A stretch of 52,173 nt of DNA from Acidobacteriota bacterium. GTDB lineage: Bacteria > Acidobacteriota > Blastocatellia > Pyrinomonadales > Pyrinomonadaceae. Made by a program: the position numbers and the translations under genes. Shown piece after piece: positions 32,987 through 42,089 of this stretch. The notes beneath the pieces are model-generated. The model made no database searches and was not told the origin of the DNA. It saw only the letters and a program-made list of their open reading frames with translations. The stretch is taken from the NCBI GenBank assembly GCA_003223975.1, contig QHXS01000043.1:1-52173 (forward strand), given 5' to 3'. Position 1 is the stretch's first letter. Each line of letters starts with the position of its first letter.

Positions 32987-35900
32987 ATGGATCTAATGCG
33001 GCTGCTGAATGCCTGGGTTGCGCAGGGAGAAGCTACTGCGGAGGGGGTACGAAGGAAACGCTATGCGAGTTCCCAAGAGCCTCTACCATACCCAGGACAT
33101 CTATTGAAGGGACTAGTCTACGATCCTCTGGTCGCAGCAGGAGAGCTGGCGGGCGGGAAAGAGGTTCCATATCTGCAGCAGGATCTGACGAGGAATGTTA
33201 GTGAGGGCTACTTCGGCCTGGGTGAGCCATTTCAAGAGAGCTTCTATGCGGGAGAACTAGATCCAAGGTATGTTGAAAAAGTTGCTGATGTAGCAATGAA
33301 TCTGGATATGCCGGGGATAGGTAAGGGGGCGATTGGTGCTGCTGCGGGCGCGCCAATGCCAGATATGAATCAGGTTAATATCAATCCCTTCCCGACTAAC
33401 CATCTTGGCAATCCAGAGCTCTTCAAAGAAGTTCCAGGGAGCCATCTCGGTGGCTCCACCGGGGCGAAATTGATGCAGGATAAAGCAATCCTGCCTAATC
33501 AATATGTCTTCAAGGCGGGAGCGAGCCCAGAGCATGTGAATGAGGAACTGATCGCGGATGACCTGTATAGGGCCATGCAGTTCCCTCATCCGGAAACCTA
33601 TCTAGCTGACATCGGTGGGGTGGAACATAGGATTTCTCCATTTGTCAAGGGGAGGAACTATCCGGATCTAGGCCCGATGGAAAAGAATGTCGCCGATCAG
33701 CGCTTGCGCGATCAATTCCTGGGAGATGCGCTGCTGGCGAATTGGGATGTTGCAGGGGGAAGTAAGTGGCCTAACATCATCATTGAGCCGGGTACGCTTC
33801 AACCGCTGAGGATAGATCCAGGGGGAGCGCTGAGATTCCGAGCCCAAGGAGGGCCGAAGGGAGCAGCTTTTGAGAAGAACGCAGTGCCAGAACTGCAGTC
33901 CATGCAGAAATATGCAACAGCTAATATGCTGCCGGATGATCTACAACATCAGTATGGGCAATACATCTCTCCGAATGAAGTAGAGATTATGAAAGCTGTG
34001 GGGCATGATCCTGAGCTGGAAGATATTATGGGAGGGCGGCTTGGAGCGCTGAAGACGCAGTTTGGGAAGGGGACCGCCGGAAGCCTCCCGCCGACTAGCC
34101 AGCTAACGCCACCTCCCGCGCCTACTAATTTCCTCCAGCCTGGATCCAATGCACTGTCATCTCCAGCTCCGCCAGCTAATGCTCCACTGCAAAGTGGAGT
34201 GAGCTACGGTATCCCGACGAGCGGGCCGAAGACAGCGCCTGCGCCACTAACTCCATCCCTGCCGAATCCAGCACAGCTCCCTATAACACAGGGCAACAAT
34301 AACTATCTATCACAGTATGGACTGCCGCCTCCTCCACCATCTCCTGCTCCTCCAATGTCCAATGTCCACATGGGGAGCTATACAGATTTCCTAGCCCAGC
34401 ACAATCTCCAAGATGATAATAATAACTGGTTAGACTATGTGCTGAATAAGCCGCCGGGGCATCATGCGGGGCAGATCGCAAGTGGGGCGCCGCCAGCTCC
34501 TGCTGCTGCTAATCCCAATGCACAGGTTCCATTCTCCCAAGGCAATCCAGACTACGCGGACTGGCTACAAAAGTATGGAGCGATAGATATTCCTGAGAAC
34601 GCGGAGGATTGGGCGAATGGCTGGTCTCCAGGAACTACAATGGCGCATGGAGGAAACTTTCCTGCCCCAGAGTGGCATCCAGCAAAAGCTGAGTATGATA
34701 AGCTGGTGCAGTATTTTGTAAAGGGTGGAGAGCCTATGCCCGCAGCGCAGAACTATGCTGCGGATGCGATAGACAATCCACATAACTGGCCTACTACACT
34801 GAAGTCTGCAAAAGTAGATATCAACACGCTGAAAGCCGGCCTCGCTATCCATCCGAGTACAGGGGAGATTATACCAGCGGGGGCTTATATCCCACCGCAG
34901 CATACGACGAGCTTCAATGCTCCAAGTAGTTCCTATCCTTCTCCTGCGATTAATACAGCGCCTTTCAAGCCTACAAGCCCACCACAGCTGCTGCGCCCAG
35001 GAGGGAAGTTCGATTGGGAGGGAGATTTTGATAAGCTAGCGAATTGGATCGCTGGAACTGGCTTAAATGTAAAGGATCCAAAAGAGTGGGCTAATGTCAG
35101 TTCCCTTGCCCAAACCATGGTGGAGCATCCAGGGACCTACACTGGGGAGGCTACGAAAGCAGGGATAAATCTAAGGGGGCTGGGTCAAGCCGATCCGGGA
35201 GAGATTGAATGGACTGTACAGAATAGAAAGAGAGTAGCTGCTGGGAACGCGCCCTATGCTCATTCGAGACAGGATGTGCATACTGAGCCAGGGTGGGCGA
35301 CCCATCAGTATCGCAGCCAATACAATTCTCCACTCTACACTGGTGGTGATGAATGGAATCGGCTGATGAATGCAGGCTACAATGCTAATCTAGATTTTGA
35401 TAAGGATATAATTGCTGCAATCAAGCCATCAAATCCAGAAGCTGTGAAACGCCAAGCGCAGCTCAATATGTTAGATCAGTTGCCGAGGGATTGGCAGCAA
35501 AGCCTGGCGCATGAACCCTATGTGCCCCATGCGGTGAAGCAGAGCGATCCAGACTGGAAGCAGAACTTGCCAACGGATCTGCAATCTGCGATGACGCCAG
35601 AGCGATATGCGAATGCGATGGCAGGGGGCTTCGATCCGAGGCTCTTCTATAGAGGTGCTCCGTATCCATACAGAAGGTTTCTAGATCCTAGTGGGAAGCC
35701 GGGTAGCCCGTATATATTTCAATCTGAGTCGCCAACGATTGCTGGCTACTACGGCAGTAAGTATGTCTATCCAGAGGCGCTGCGGTTTGGCAACACTGAG
35801 ATAACTGATGTTGGGGGGAGGAGCTATGGCTCACCCACTATGTGGTTAGAGCATATGGCACAGGGTGGGAGGCAAAAAGGACTGGAGTCTATGCAGATCC

Positions 35901-36133
35901 AGAATATGTATGACGCAGGAGGGCAACAGACACAATACCTGATTGGGAATCCAAATCAAGTTAGAAGTCCATATGCTGCGTTTGATCCGAACAGGCTTCA
36001 TGAGCCGGATCTACTGGCGGCGAGGGTAGGTGGGATTAATCCCTTTGCTGGGCAGCAGGATGAGGAGCAGCCACTGTTCCCCTGGCTGCCAGTGCCAACT
36101 AGTCCACCTGCCCGTGCTCGTCCGCGCGCCTAG
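32987..36133 (+). CDS. Giant polyvalent virion protein (1,048 aa) with a kinase-like domain
   Basis: See findings. Ordered kinase-like motifs are HLGGSTGAKL, YVFKAG, NEELIADDLYRA, DALLANWDVAGGSKWPNIII and RIDPGGALRFRA. The middle is Pro-rich and the C-terminal domain is globular. Confidence 0.6.
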   Translation: MDLMRLLNAWVAQGEATAEGVRRKRYASSQEPLPYPGHLLKGLVYDPLVAAGELAGGKEVPYLQQDLTRNVSEGYFGLGEPFQESFYAGELDPRYVEKVADVAMNLDMPGIGKGAIGAAAGAPMPDMNQVNINPFPTNHLGNPELFKEVPGSHLGGSTGAKLMQDKAILPNQYVFKAGASPEHVNEELIADDLYRAMQFPHPETYLADIGGVEHRISPFVKGRNYPDLGPMEKNVADQRLRDQFLGDALLANWDVAGGSKWPNIIIEPGTLQPLRIDPGGALRFRAQGGPKGAAFEKNAVPELQSMQKYATANMLPDDLQHQYGQYISPNEVEIMKAVGHDPELEDIMGGRLGALKTQFGKGTAGSLPPTSQLTPPPAPTNFLQPGSNALSSPAPPANAPLQSGVSYGIPTSGPKTAPAPLTPSLPNPAQLPITQGNNNYLSQYGLPPPPPSPAPPMSNVHMGSYTDFLAQHNLQDDNNNWLDYVLNKPPGHHAGQIASGAPPAPAAANPNAQVPFSQGNPDYADWLQKYGAIDIPENAEDWANGWSPGTTMAHGGNFPAPEWHPAKAEYDKLVQYFVKGGEPMPAAQNYAADAIDNPHNWPTTLKSAKVDINTLKAGLAIHPSTGEIIPAGAYIPPQHTTSFNAPSSSYPSPAINTAPFKPTSPPQLLRPGGKFDWEGDFDKLANWIAGTGLNVKDPKEWANVSSLAQTMVEHPGTYTGEATKAGINLRGLGQADPGEIEWTVQNRKRVAAGNAPYAHSRQDVHTEPGWATHQYRSQYNSPLYTGGDEWNRLMNAGYNANLDFDKDIIAAIKPSNPEAVKRQAQLNMLDQLPRDWQQSLAHEPYVPHAVKQSDPDWKQNLPTDLQSAMTPERYANAMAGGFDPRLFYRGAPYPYRRFLDPSGKPGSPYIFQSESPTIAGYYGSKYVYPEALRFGNTEITDVGGRSYGSPTMWLEHMAQGGRQKGLESMQIQNMYDAGGQQTQYLIGNPNQVRSPYAAFDPNRLHEPDLLAARVGGINPFAGQQDEEQPLFPWLPVPTSPPARARPRA

Positions 36134-37478
36134 GGAACCAGAGGTTAGTGCCCGCTTCGCGAGCAATTATATTAGCTCTCTCCGCCATGCTAATGATGCG
36201 CTCTATCCGATCGCTAGTGGTGCGAGTGATCAGGAAATTAATCAAAAAGCTCTCATGCATGGGTTTTCTCCCGTTCCGCATCCAGACGGAGAACATGTAG
36301 AAGTTTAGTTGCTTGATTAGTTCTCCATCACTCTTCCCAGTCATCTCTCTAAAGACATCTGGCATTACTTCTTCTGCTTCTAGCATCCAACCCTGGGCTC
36401 GTCGGAAGTCCTCCTCCTGCACGATGAGGGAGTTGCTTCTCGACAGCGCTGCAATCATAGAGAGCTTCACGCAGTGGAGATCTCTGCGGCCACAATAATG
36501 CACGAGTTTGCTGTGCGTCGGAACTGGCGGCATGCCAGCGTTGGTCCACTCCACAGCTGCTCTTCTCGCGCCAGGGGCCCACTTCATCTCTCCATAGAGA
36601 TCGAGAATTTGAGAGAAGTCAGAGACGATGGAGCGCTGGAGAGTTCTCATCTTAATATCCACTACGTTATCGAAGAGGTCGTCCTCGGGAAATAGCTGCT
36701 TCTTTACCCCCGTCCCGGAGTAGATCAAAATGATCCTACTCATAGCGCCCATACCCCAGGCCTCCTCTGGTAGGATACTAGCGAGGAATGCAGGCTGCGT
36801 GCCACCTAGAAAAGTGATCTGGGGATTGAAGACTTCTACGGAGAGCTTGTTGGTCCGCCTCGTCTCGCTATAAACTGCCTTACTATTATAGATCTCGGTG
36901 AGCAGGGAGAGGAAATCAATGTCATGACTGGAGATGAGCACACCAAGCTCCTCTGCGAGGATCGCGAGAGAACTGTATTCGAGAAATTCTATTGAGAGCG
37001 CATCTGTACCAGCGAACTTATTGAGTGGGATATGTCGCTGCGCCTTCGCCATCTCATCTACAAGAGATGCTTTGGTCATAGAGCGAGGGGCTACCTTCAA
37101 GCGGCCAGTGATAGTGCCCTTCGCAGAGTGCCAGATGCGCTCCACTGGTCCTATGGCCTGCCCTTTTCCAATCGCTGGTGGGGATACTAATAAAGTATAG
37201 AGGGAGGGAAAGACATCAAATTCTGTTTGCCAACTCTTCCCCGTCCTCGTCCAGATTCTCTTCTCTGCCGCTGCACTGATCGCAGTGATCCCTGCCCAGA
37301 GTCTAAATCGGGCTGGACTAGGTGCATCTGCCGTGATATCTAAGAAGCTATCTATCCAATCCGAGAGACGCCTTGATTTGATACCAGGCGGTCCGCTTGT
37401 GGAGGAGCTTATGGTATCGCTCGTTGGGACAGAGAACAAGGTTCCCGTAGCTGTTGTCTCCTCGTCTCCCGTTGACAT
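36099..37478 (-). CDS. DUF3987-like P-loop replication protein (primase/helicase-associated candidate, 459 aa)
   Basis: ...RLSDWIDSFLDITADAPSPARFRLWAGITAISAAA...LYTLLVSPPAIGKGQAI matches my memory of the DUF3987 N-terminus and P-loop. The first ~44 codons overlap the HNH gene, so the start is uncertain. Confidence 0.45.
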   Translation of the reverse strand: MSTGDEETTATGTLFSVPTSDTISSSTSGPPGIKSRRLSDWIDSFLDITADAPSPARFRLWAGITAISAAAEKRIWTRTGKSWQTEFDVFPSLYTLLVSPPAIGKGQAIGPVERIWHSAKGTITGRLKVAPRSMTKASLVDEMAKAQRHIPLNKFAGTDALSIEFLEYSSLAILAEELGVLISSHDIDFLSLLTEIYNSKAVYSETRRTNKLSVEVFNPQITFLGGTQPAFLASILPEEAWGMGAMSRIILIYSGTGVKKQLFPEDDLFDNVVDIKMRTLQRSIVSDFSQILDLYGEMKWAPGARRAAVEWTNAGMPPVPTHSKLVHYCGRRDLHCVKLSMIAALSRSNSLIVQEEDFRRAQGWMLEAEEVMPDVFREMTGKSDGELIKQLNFYMFSVWMRNGRKPMHESFLINFLITRTTSDRIERIISMAERANIIAREAGTNLWFPRRADEHGQVD

Positions 37479-37839
37479 GATGGACTATGGCTCCCTCTGG
37501 TAGTGGCCTTCCCAGAGCTTTTTCAGCTAGGTGGCGATGTTCTAGTTTATAACCACCATCTACAAAGATATACCTATATCCATTCGGAGCTGTGTAGCCA
37601 GATCCTTTTGGTGCTATCAATCTATCATAGGTTCCTCGATCATACATTCTGTGATAGTGGGCCATGCAGACGCGGAGGGTGACAGCAGGAGCTGTGCAAC
37701 CAGGAGCGACGCAGGTAGTTCCTTTGTTATAGAATTTTGTGAAGTGAGGATCACCATATTTTTTGACTCTCTCGTAGTGCTGACAACACATCTTCTTTTT
37801 CCTGGCTGGTTTCTCACAGCCATCTACAATGCAGCTCAT
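37348..37839 (-). CDS. HNH homing-type endonuclease (163 aa)
   Basis: HHVNGRRGDNSYGNLVLCPNERYHKLLH is the H-N-H core. Two C-x4-C...C-x2-H zinc-ribbon repeats lie upstream. Confidence 0.8.
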   Translation of the reverse strand: MSCIVDGCEKPARKKKMCCQHYERVKKYGDPHFTKFYNKGTTCVAPGCTAPAVTLRVCMAHYHRMYDRGTYDRLIAPKGSGYTAPNGYRYIFVDGGYKLEHRHLAEKALGRPLPEGAIVHHVNGRRGDNSYGNLVLCPNERYHKLLHKRTAWYQIKASLGLDR

Positions 37840-39425
37840 ATCATCATCCTTTCTAGGCCTTTGGCTGATGGGTCTTCCCTGCGCGAACGGATGTCTGGGA
37901 CACCAAGGACTCGGCCTCTGAGTCCATCAAGGTTAAGTGGCTTGGGTTTTCTTCCTCTTCTGGCGTCATTTGCAGCCATTGCCTCATCATAGTATTTCGA
38001 CCAGTTCCAGCCAACAGCAATGTCGGAGGGGATTATCATTTCCCTGCCGTTGTGGTAGAGGGGCGTTGCCATCAGTGGGATCACTGCCTGGAGGACTTTC
38101 TCTTCTCTTTCCTCGTCGTATTGGATGAGGACGGCATCGTGGACTTGAGCGAGAATTTCGCACTGCCGTCTAAGGTAAGCCCGGATTCGCCAGAGAGCGA
38201 GGTTGAGGAGAACTCCGACCATGTGCTGAGGAACGTGAGCAATTGCTTCACGGAGTGTTGCATCATCATTGCTTCTCCCAAAGAACATTCTGCTGGTTAG
38301 CAGAGGAGTTGAGATTTGGCCGTGGAGTTGGAGTTGCTGTGCACACCACTTGTGGTAGCGAGAGATGTCGGGGAAGGCCGCGAAGTAGCCTTGCTGAAAG
38401 TCCTCAATCAACTTCTGCGGCACTTTCATTTGCCGAGCTATGGTGAATGGCTTGCCGTAGTAGTTGGTGCCATGCCCTCCTCGCTTGGACATATAGCGAT
38501 AGGTGTGGTGGAAGTAGAAATCCTGATCAGCAAGTTCCTTGTCGACTTTAGCCTCTCCAGTCCAGCCAAGTCCTGGCCAGATCAATCGGCAAGTAGAGGT
38601 GTGTAGATCGCCAGACTCACAAGCGTCAAGATAGTGGCTGAGATTAAAGAGAATAAAGCAAAGAAGGCCCAGAACGCGAGACTCCGCTTGCGCGAGGTCG
38701 ATGTAGGCAAACTTCTTCCCTCTATCCGCGATAAAGATACGACGGAGTTCTTCAGTGATGTTCTGTAGATTTGTTCCGCCTCCGAAGACGTTAGAGGAGG
38801 ATGACCAGCGGCCTGTCTCAGGGCCTGCAACATTGTAGGAGGTTCGCATCCGAGAGTCACCGTCAACTTCTGTCCGCAACACGGACACTTTTTTACTGAG
38901 ATCGCGAAGTCGGATGATGCAGTTGCAGATTGGCTCTGCATGGAAATATATGGAGAGCTTCTCCAAGGCGTCCCTGTTAATGGAGACGTTTTTTCGTCCT
39001 TTGACATATGAGTGCTGCTCCGGTAGCTTCATAGCCTCGTAGAAGAACTGCTTAAGCTGGTGGTGGGAGTTGGGGTTGAGAGGCTTCCCCCAGACGGCAC
39101 AAGCGAACTCGTTGAGCACATTCTGCAGATGGGATATTCTTCTCTCCAGAGATGCAACTACTTCCCAGCGATAGTAGTTGTCGACTAAAATGCCCCTTCT
39201 CATCATGGCGAGTGCTGGCCCTTGCATGGCGCGCTCGAAGGAGTAGTTAATGCGAGCGCCAGCCTGCCACGCACGGTGCTCTGGAGTGGCTTCCTCTCGA
39301 TCCAGCTCCTCGCGCAGGCGTTGCCATACCTCAAGTGTAATCCCAGCGTCTAGCCCATTATAGACCTGGTGAGAGTCATGGGGACTCAGGTATTTCGGCA
39401 TGTTAGTGGTAAGGATTTCAGTCAT
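37836..39425 (-). CDS. Family-A DNA polymerase, polymerase domain only (529 aa)
   Basis: Motif A YIDLAQAESRVLG, motif B-like SKRGGHGTNYYG and motif C AQVHDAVLIQ are present. There is no exonuclease domain in this ORF. Confidence 0.85.
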   Translation of the reverse strand: MTEILTTNMPKYLSPHDSHQVYNGLDAGITLEVWQRLREELDREEATPEHRAWQAGARINYSFERAMQGPALAMMRRGILVDNYYRWEVVASLERRISHLQNVLNEFACAVWGKPLNPNSHHQLKQFFYEAMKLPEQHSYVKGRKNVSINRDALEKLSIYFHAEPICNCIIRLRDLSKKVSVLRTEVDGDSRMRTSYNVAGPETGRWSSSSNVFGGGTNLQNITEELRRIFIADRGKKFAYIDLAQAESRVLGLLCFILFNLSHYLDACESGDLHTSTCRLIWPGLGWTGEAKVDKELADQDFYFHHTYRYMSKRGGHGTNYYGKPFTIARQMKVPQKLIEDFQQGYFAAFPDISRYHKWCAQQLQLHGQISTPLLTSRMFFGRSNDDATLREAIAHVPQHMVGVLLNLALWRIRAYLRRQCEILAQVHDAVLIQYDEEREEKVLQAVIPLMATPLYHNGREMIIPSDIAVGWNWSKYYDEAMAANDARRGRKPKPLNLDGLRGRVLGVPDIRSRREDPSAKGLERMMI

Positions 39426-39753
39426 TGCGCCCGATCCTACGGTGAGCAGTCTTCATGTCCGGGAAATACTTTTCAAGTCTGTGGCGTGCTTGCTCCATTC
39501 CATTCGACTCTCCATAATCCATATAAAAAACTACTTTCTCAGCATGAGGCCAGAAATAATATCCCAGTTGAATACCTAGCTTACGTGAAGCTGGATCTCT
39601 ATCATCGAATACCCAGGTGAAGAAACCATGTGATGCAAATGGAACTTCACCCAGAGATATAGCGTGCCGAATCGCTCGCCCGAGGTAGATGCGATTACGT
39701 TCCAACTCTCCAGCGTAAGGAGATTCGATGATGGTGAGGCCGTTGGGGACCAT
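39418..39753 (-). CDS. Hypothetical 111-aa protein inserted between the exonuclease and polymerase genes (possibly a deoxyribosyltransferase-like fold)
   Basis: IIESPYAGE...GEVPFASHGFF...VVFYMDYGESNGM loosely recalls DUF4406/DUF1937-type proteins. The call is low-confidence. Confidence 0.35.
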   Translation of the reverse strand: MVPNGLTIIESPYAGELERNRIYLGRAIRHAISLGEVPFASHGFFTWVFDDRDPASRKLGIQLGYYFWPHAEKVVFYMDYGESNGMEQARHRLEKYFPDMKTAHRRIGRND

Positions 39754-40809
39754 CTATTCCTCCCGCTTGGTTTCTTGTGAACCATGTCTGGCACGCATAC
39801 GCTTCCATGCAACGTCGTTAGTGTATATTGAACCCAGGAATGCCAGGCTCTTAGGTAGTTCGGGATACATACTGTGATGCAATATCATAGTGTCTTCTAG
39901 AAAGCCTGGAATAGGTATTAACATGTCCCACAAATATTGGCAGTCATATATCCCGTTCTGGAATAGCACCCGAGGGTGGGAGGAAAGCAAATGAAAAATC
40001 TCGTCCCAAACAATACACTCCTCAACTTCATTCCAGTGACTCCAATCGGGTTTCTCTTTGTTCCAAAAGGGAATCACGAGAATGTTGCTAGGGGTGGTGG
40101 CGAAAGCGATGCTGGTTATTTGCCTCTTCTCAGTCTCTATATCACAAGAGAGAATGGGAGAGCGCTGGGCGTCTAGCAACCAGAGGAGAGTTTCTTCAAG
40201 CCCAGAGTTGATTTTAATCCTTCGCTCCGTGCGCCGGATCTCCGGGAACTCCATCTCCAGCTTCGCCTTTGCGAGATCTTGTAGTACCACGACTCTCCAA
40301 GCCCAATTTCTGAGCACAGCAGCGGGGTGGTAGGTCGGAAGAACTTTAAGACCCGGAATGAGAGTGGAAGAGGATACAGTACCCCGCGAACTGCCGATGG
40401 CTGCGGAGCCCGTAAGGGCCCAGAGGGCGGTGTTGCCGAGGGCGACGCAGAGGTTTGGACGTAGTTCATCCAGCTCACTCTTGAGGCGATCCAGTTCTGG
40501 TAGGAGGTCGGGGTGGAGATACTTGCCCAGCGAGAGCGGCGGGAGGCTATAGCTCGAAGGGAGATCTTTCTTCGAGACACAGAAGGACTCCATCTTATTG
40601 TTAGGTGGACGAGTCCATAGAACGTTGGTAAGATAGCATCTGCTGCGCTCAATACCAGACTCCTGCAAGAGCGCGGTGAACTCTTGGCCCGCTTTCCCTA
40701 CAAAGGGGATGCCAATCATCTCCTCTGTCTCTCCAGGGGCTTCACCTACAAATGCTATGCGGGCGTCAGCTGGACCAACTGCCTTGATGCAGGGAAGGAA
40801 TAGGCTCAC
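39754..40809 (-). CDS. Family-4 UDG-like domain fused to a DnaQ-like 3'-5' exonuclease (351 aa)
   Basis: UDG motifs are FVGEAPGETEEMIGIPFVGKAGQEF and PTYHPAAVLRN. Exonuclease motifs are Exo I SCDIETE, Exo II FQNGIYDCQYL and Exo III-like YTNDVAW. Confidence 0.8.
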   Translation of the reverse strand: MSLFLPCIKAVGPADARIAFVGEAPGETEEMIGIPFVGKAGQEFTALLQESGIERSRCYLTNVLWTRPPNNKMESFCVSKKDLPSSYSLPPLSLGKYLHPDLLPELDRLKSELDELRPNLCVALGNTALWALTGSAAIGSSRGTVSSSTLIPGLKVLPTYHPAAVLRNWAWRVVVLQDLAKAKLEMEFPEIRRTERRIKINSGLEETLLWLLDAQRSPILSCDIETEKRQITSIAFATTPSNILVIPFWNKEKPDWSHWNEVEECIVWDEIFHLLSSHPRVLFQNGIYDCQYLWDMLIPIPGFLEDTMILHHSMYPELPKSLAFLGSIYTNDVAWKRMRARHGSQETKREE

Positions 40810-42089
40810 TTGCTGATCGCCCTGAGGGTGCGGAAGTTGCGCAGTGCAGTGCGAGCATTCTCCGCGAACTCTTCATTCTTCTCTAGACCAAAGACAAATG
40901 CAGCCCCCAATGACTCCGCAGCTCGAAGCGAAGAACCGCTACCAGCAGTAGGATCAAGAATACGAGAGTGCTCATCAACAAACATCTGCATGAAGTGGCG
41001 AAGAACTGGCTCGGGCTTTTCAGACTGATGGGATTTAGTACCAGTTGGAGCAGCGTAAGCGTTTGCCACGGCGCGAACAATGAGCCTGTCGCCGCGAGAA
41101 GCAATAAAGCAAGTCTCATAGATTCTCCTTGGGCCACGTTTTGGATCGGGCAGGATGCCTTTGTTATCGCTCTTGAGCCAAACTAAGGGGAAATCTTCGA
41201 GAGTCCATTCAGGCAGCCGGTGGGAGAAGAAGTCCCTGGTCTCACAGTAGTACTTCATAGAGAACCAGAACATCATATGAGCGCTGCTGGAAAGTATTCT
41301 ATTCTCGTTAGTCGCCAGAGATTCAAGTAGTTCCCAGTAAACGTTAGGGTCATCTTCGTAACCCCCGTAGGAATCTGAATTACCCTGGTCGGAGGTGTGA
41401 ATAGAGATGCCAAAAGGAAAGTCACAGTGGAGGAAGTTGAACAGAGGACCGTTGTAGAGAGGAGCCCATTGTGTAAAGTCTGCTGTGATGATGGACTCAA
41501 CAGGAGGGGGTGCAAGTGCTCCCTGTGGTCTCGTAATAGACTCGGTGAGATCGGCGAGGATAGTGTCATTCTTCCTTTGCACCTCCCGAGCGAGAGTATT
41601 GTGAGCCTGGCGCCAACCAGTGGCCTTCGCGATGCGTTCATTGCCAGCGAGGGCGGCGGTGCCGACTCCGATCATCATGCTCACAGTGCTAGTGGCGAGG
41701 CCAATGCTGTCTGCCGTTTGCTTCTGGGTCCACTCTGGGTCTAGCTTATGATAGAGCGAATGGATGCGGACTATCGCTCGCGTCTGGTCCTCCCAAGATA
41801 GATCCTTCCTCTTGAGGTTCTCTTCCAGCTCTATTATTTGAAGCTCAATAGGATCAAGCTCCGATGCAAAGCGAGCTGGGATATCATGCAGGCCGAGCTT
41901 AATGCTGGCTGCAAGCCGCCGCTCTCCACAGACCAGCACTAGATCTTCTGTCACTACGATGGGCTGGATGACACCTCGCGCCTTGATGCTAGGGAGCAAA
42001 TCATCCAGCACAAGGTCTGTGCGCTGTCGCTCATCTCGTAGCACAGTGATATCGCTGCAAGCGATCCTGCGGTATCGGTTGGTTAGCAT
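40806..42089 (-). CDS. ParB-like N-terminal domain fused to an N6/N4 DNA methyltransferase (427 aa)
   Basis: The ParB box is IQPIVVTEDLVLVCGERRLAAS. The catalytic motif IV variant is HCDFPFG and the AdoMet motif I is ILDPTAGSGSSLRAAESLG. The order IV...I indicates a beta-class enzyme. Confidence 0.75.
   Translation of the reverse strand: MLTNRYRRIACSDITVLRDERQRTDLVLDDLLPSIKARGVIQPIVVTEDLVLVCGERRLAASIKLGLHDIPARFASELDPIELQIIELEENLKRKDLSWEDQTRAIVRIHSLYHKLDPEWTQKQTADSIGLATSTVSMMIGVGTAALAGNERIAKATGWRQAHNTLAREVQRKNDTILADLTESITRPQGALAPPPVESIITADFTQWAPLYNGPLFNFLHCDFPFGISIHTSDQGNSDSYGGYEDDPNVYWELLESLATNENRILSSSAHMMFWFSMKYYCETRDFFSHRLPEWTLEDFPLVWLKSDNKGILPDPKRGPRRIYETCFIASRGDRLIVRAVANAYAAPTGTKSHQSEKPEPVLRHFMQMFVDEHSRILDPTAGSGSSLRAAESLGAAFVFGLEKNEEFAENARTALRNFRTLRAISK

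Noticed and set aside
39418-39753. The ORF between the exonuclease and polymerase genes as an intron- or intein-borne element
   Set aside because: The three ORFs abut or overlap (TAG|ATG, then an 8-nt overlap), which leaves no non-coding RNA for a group I/II intron. They are separate frames, so this is not an in-frame intein.
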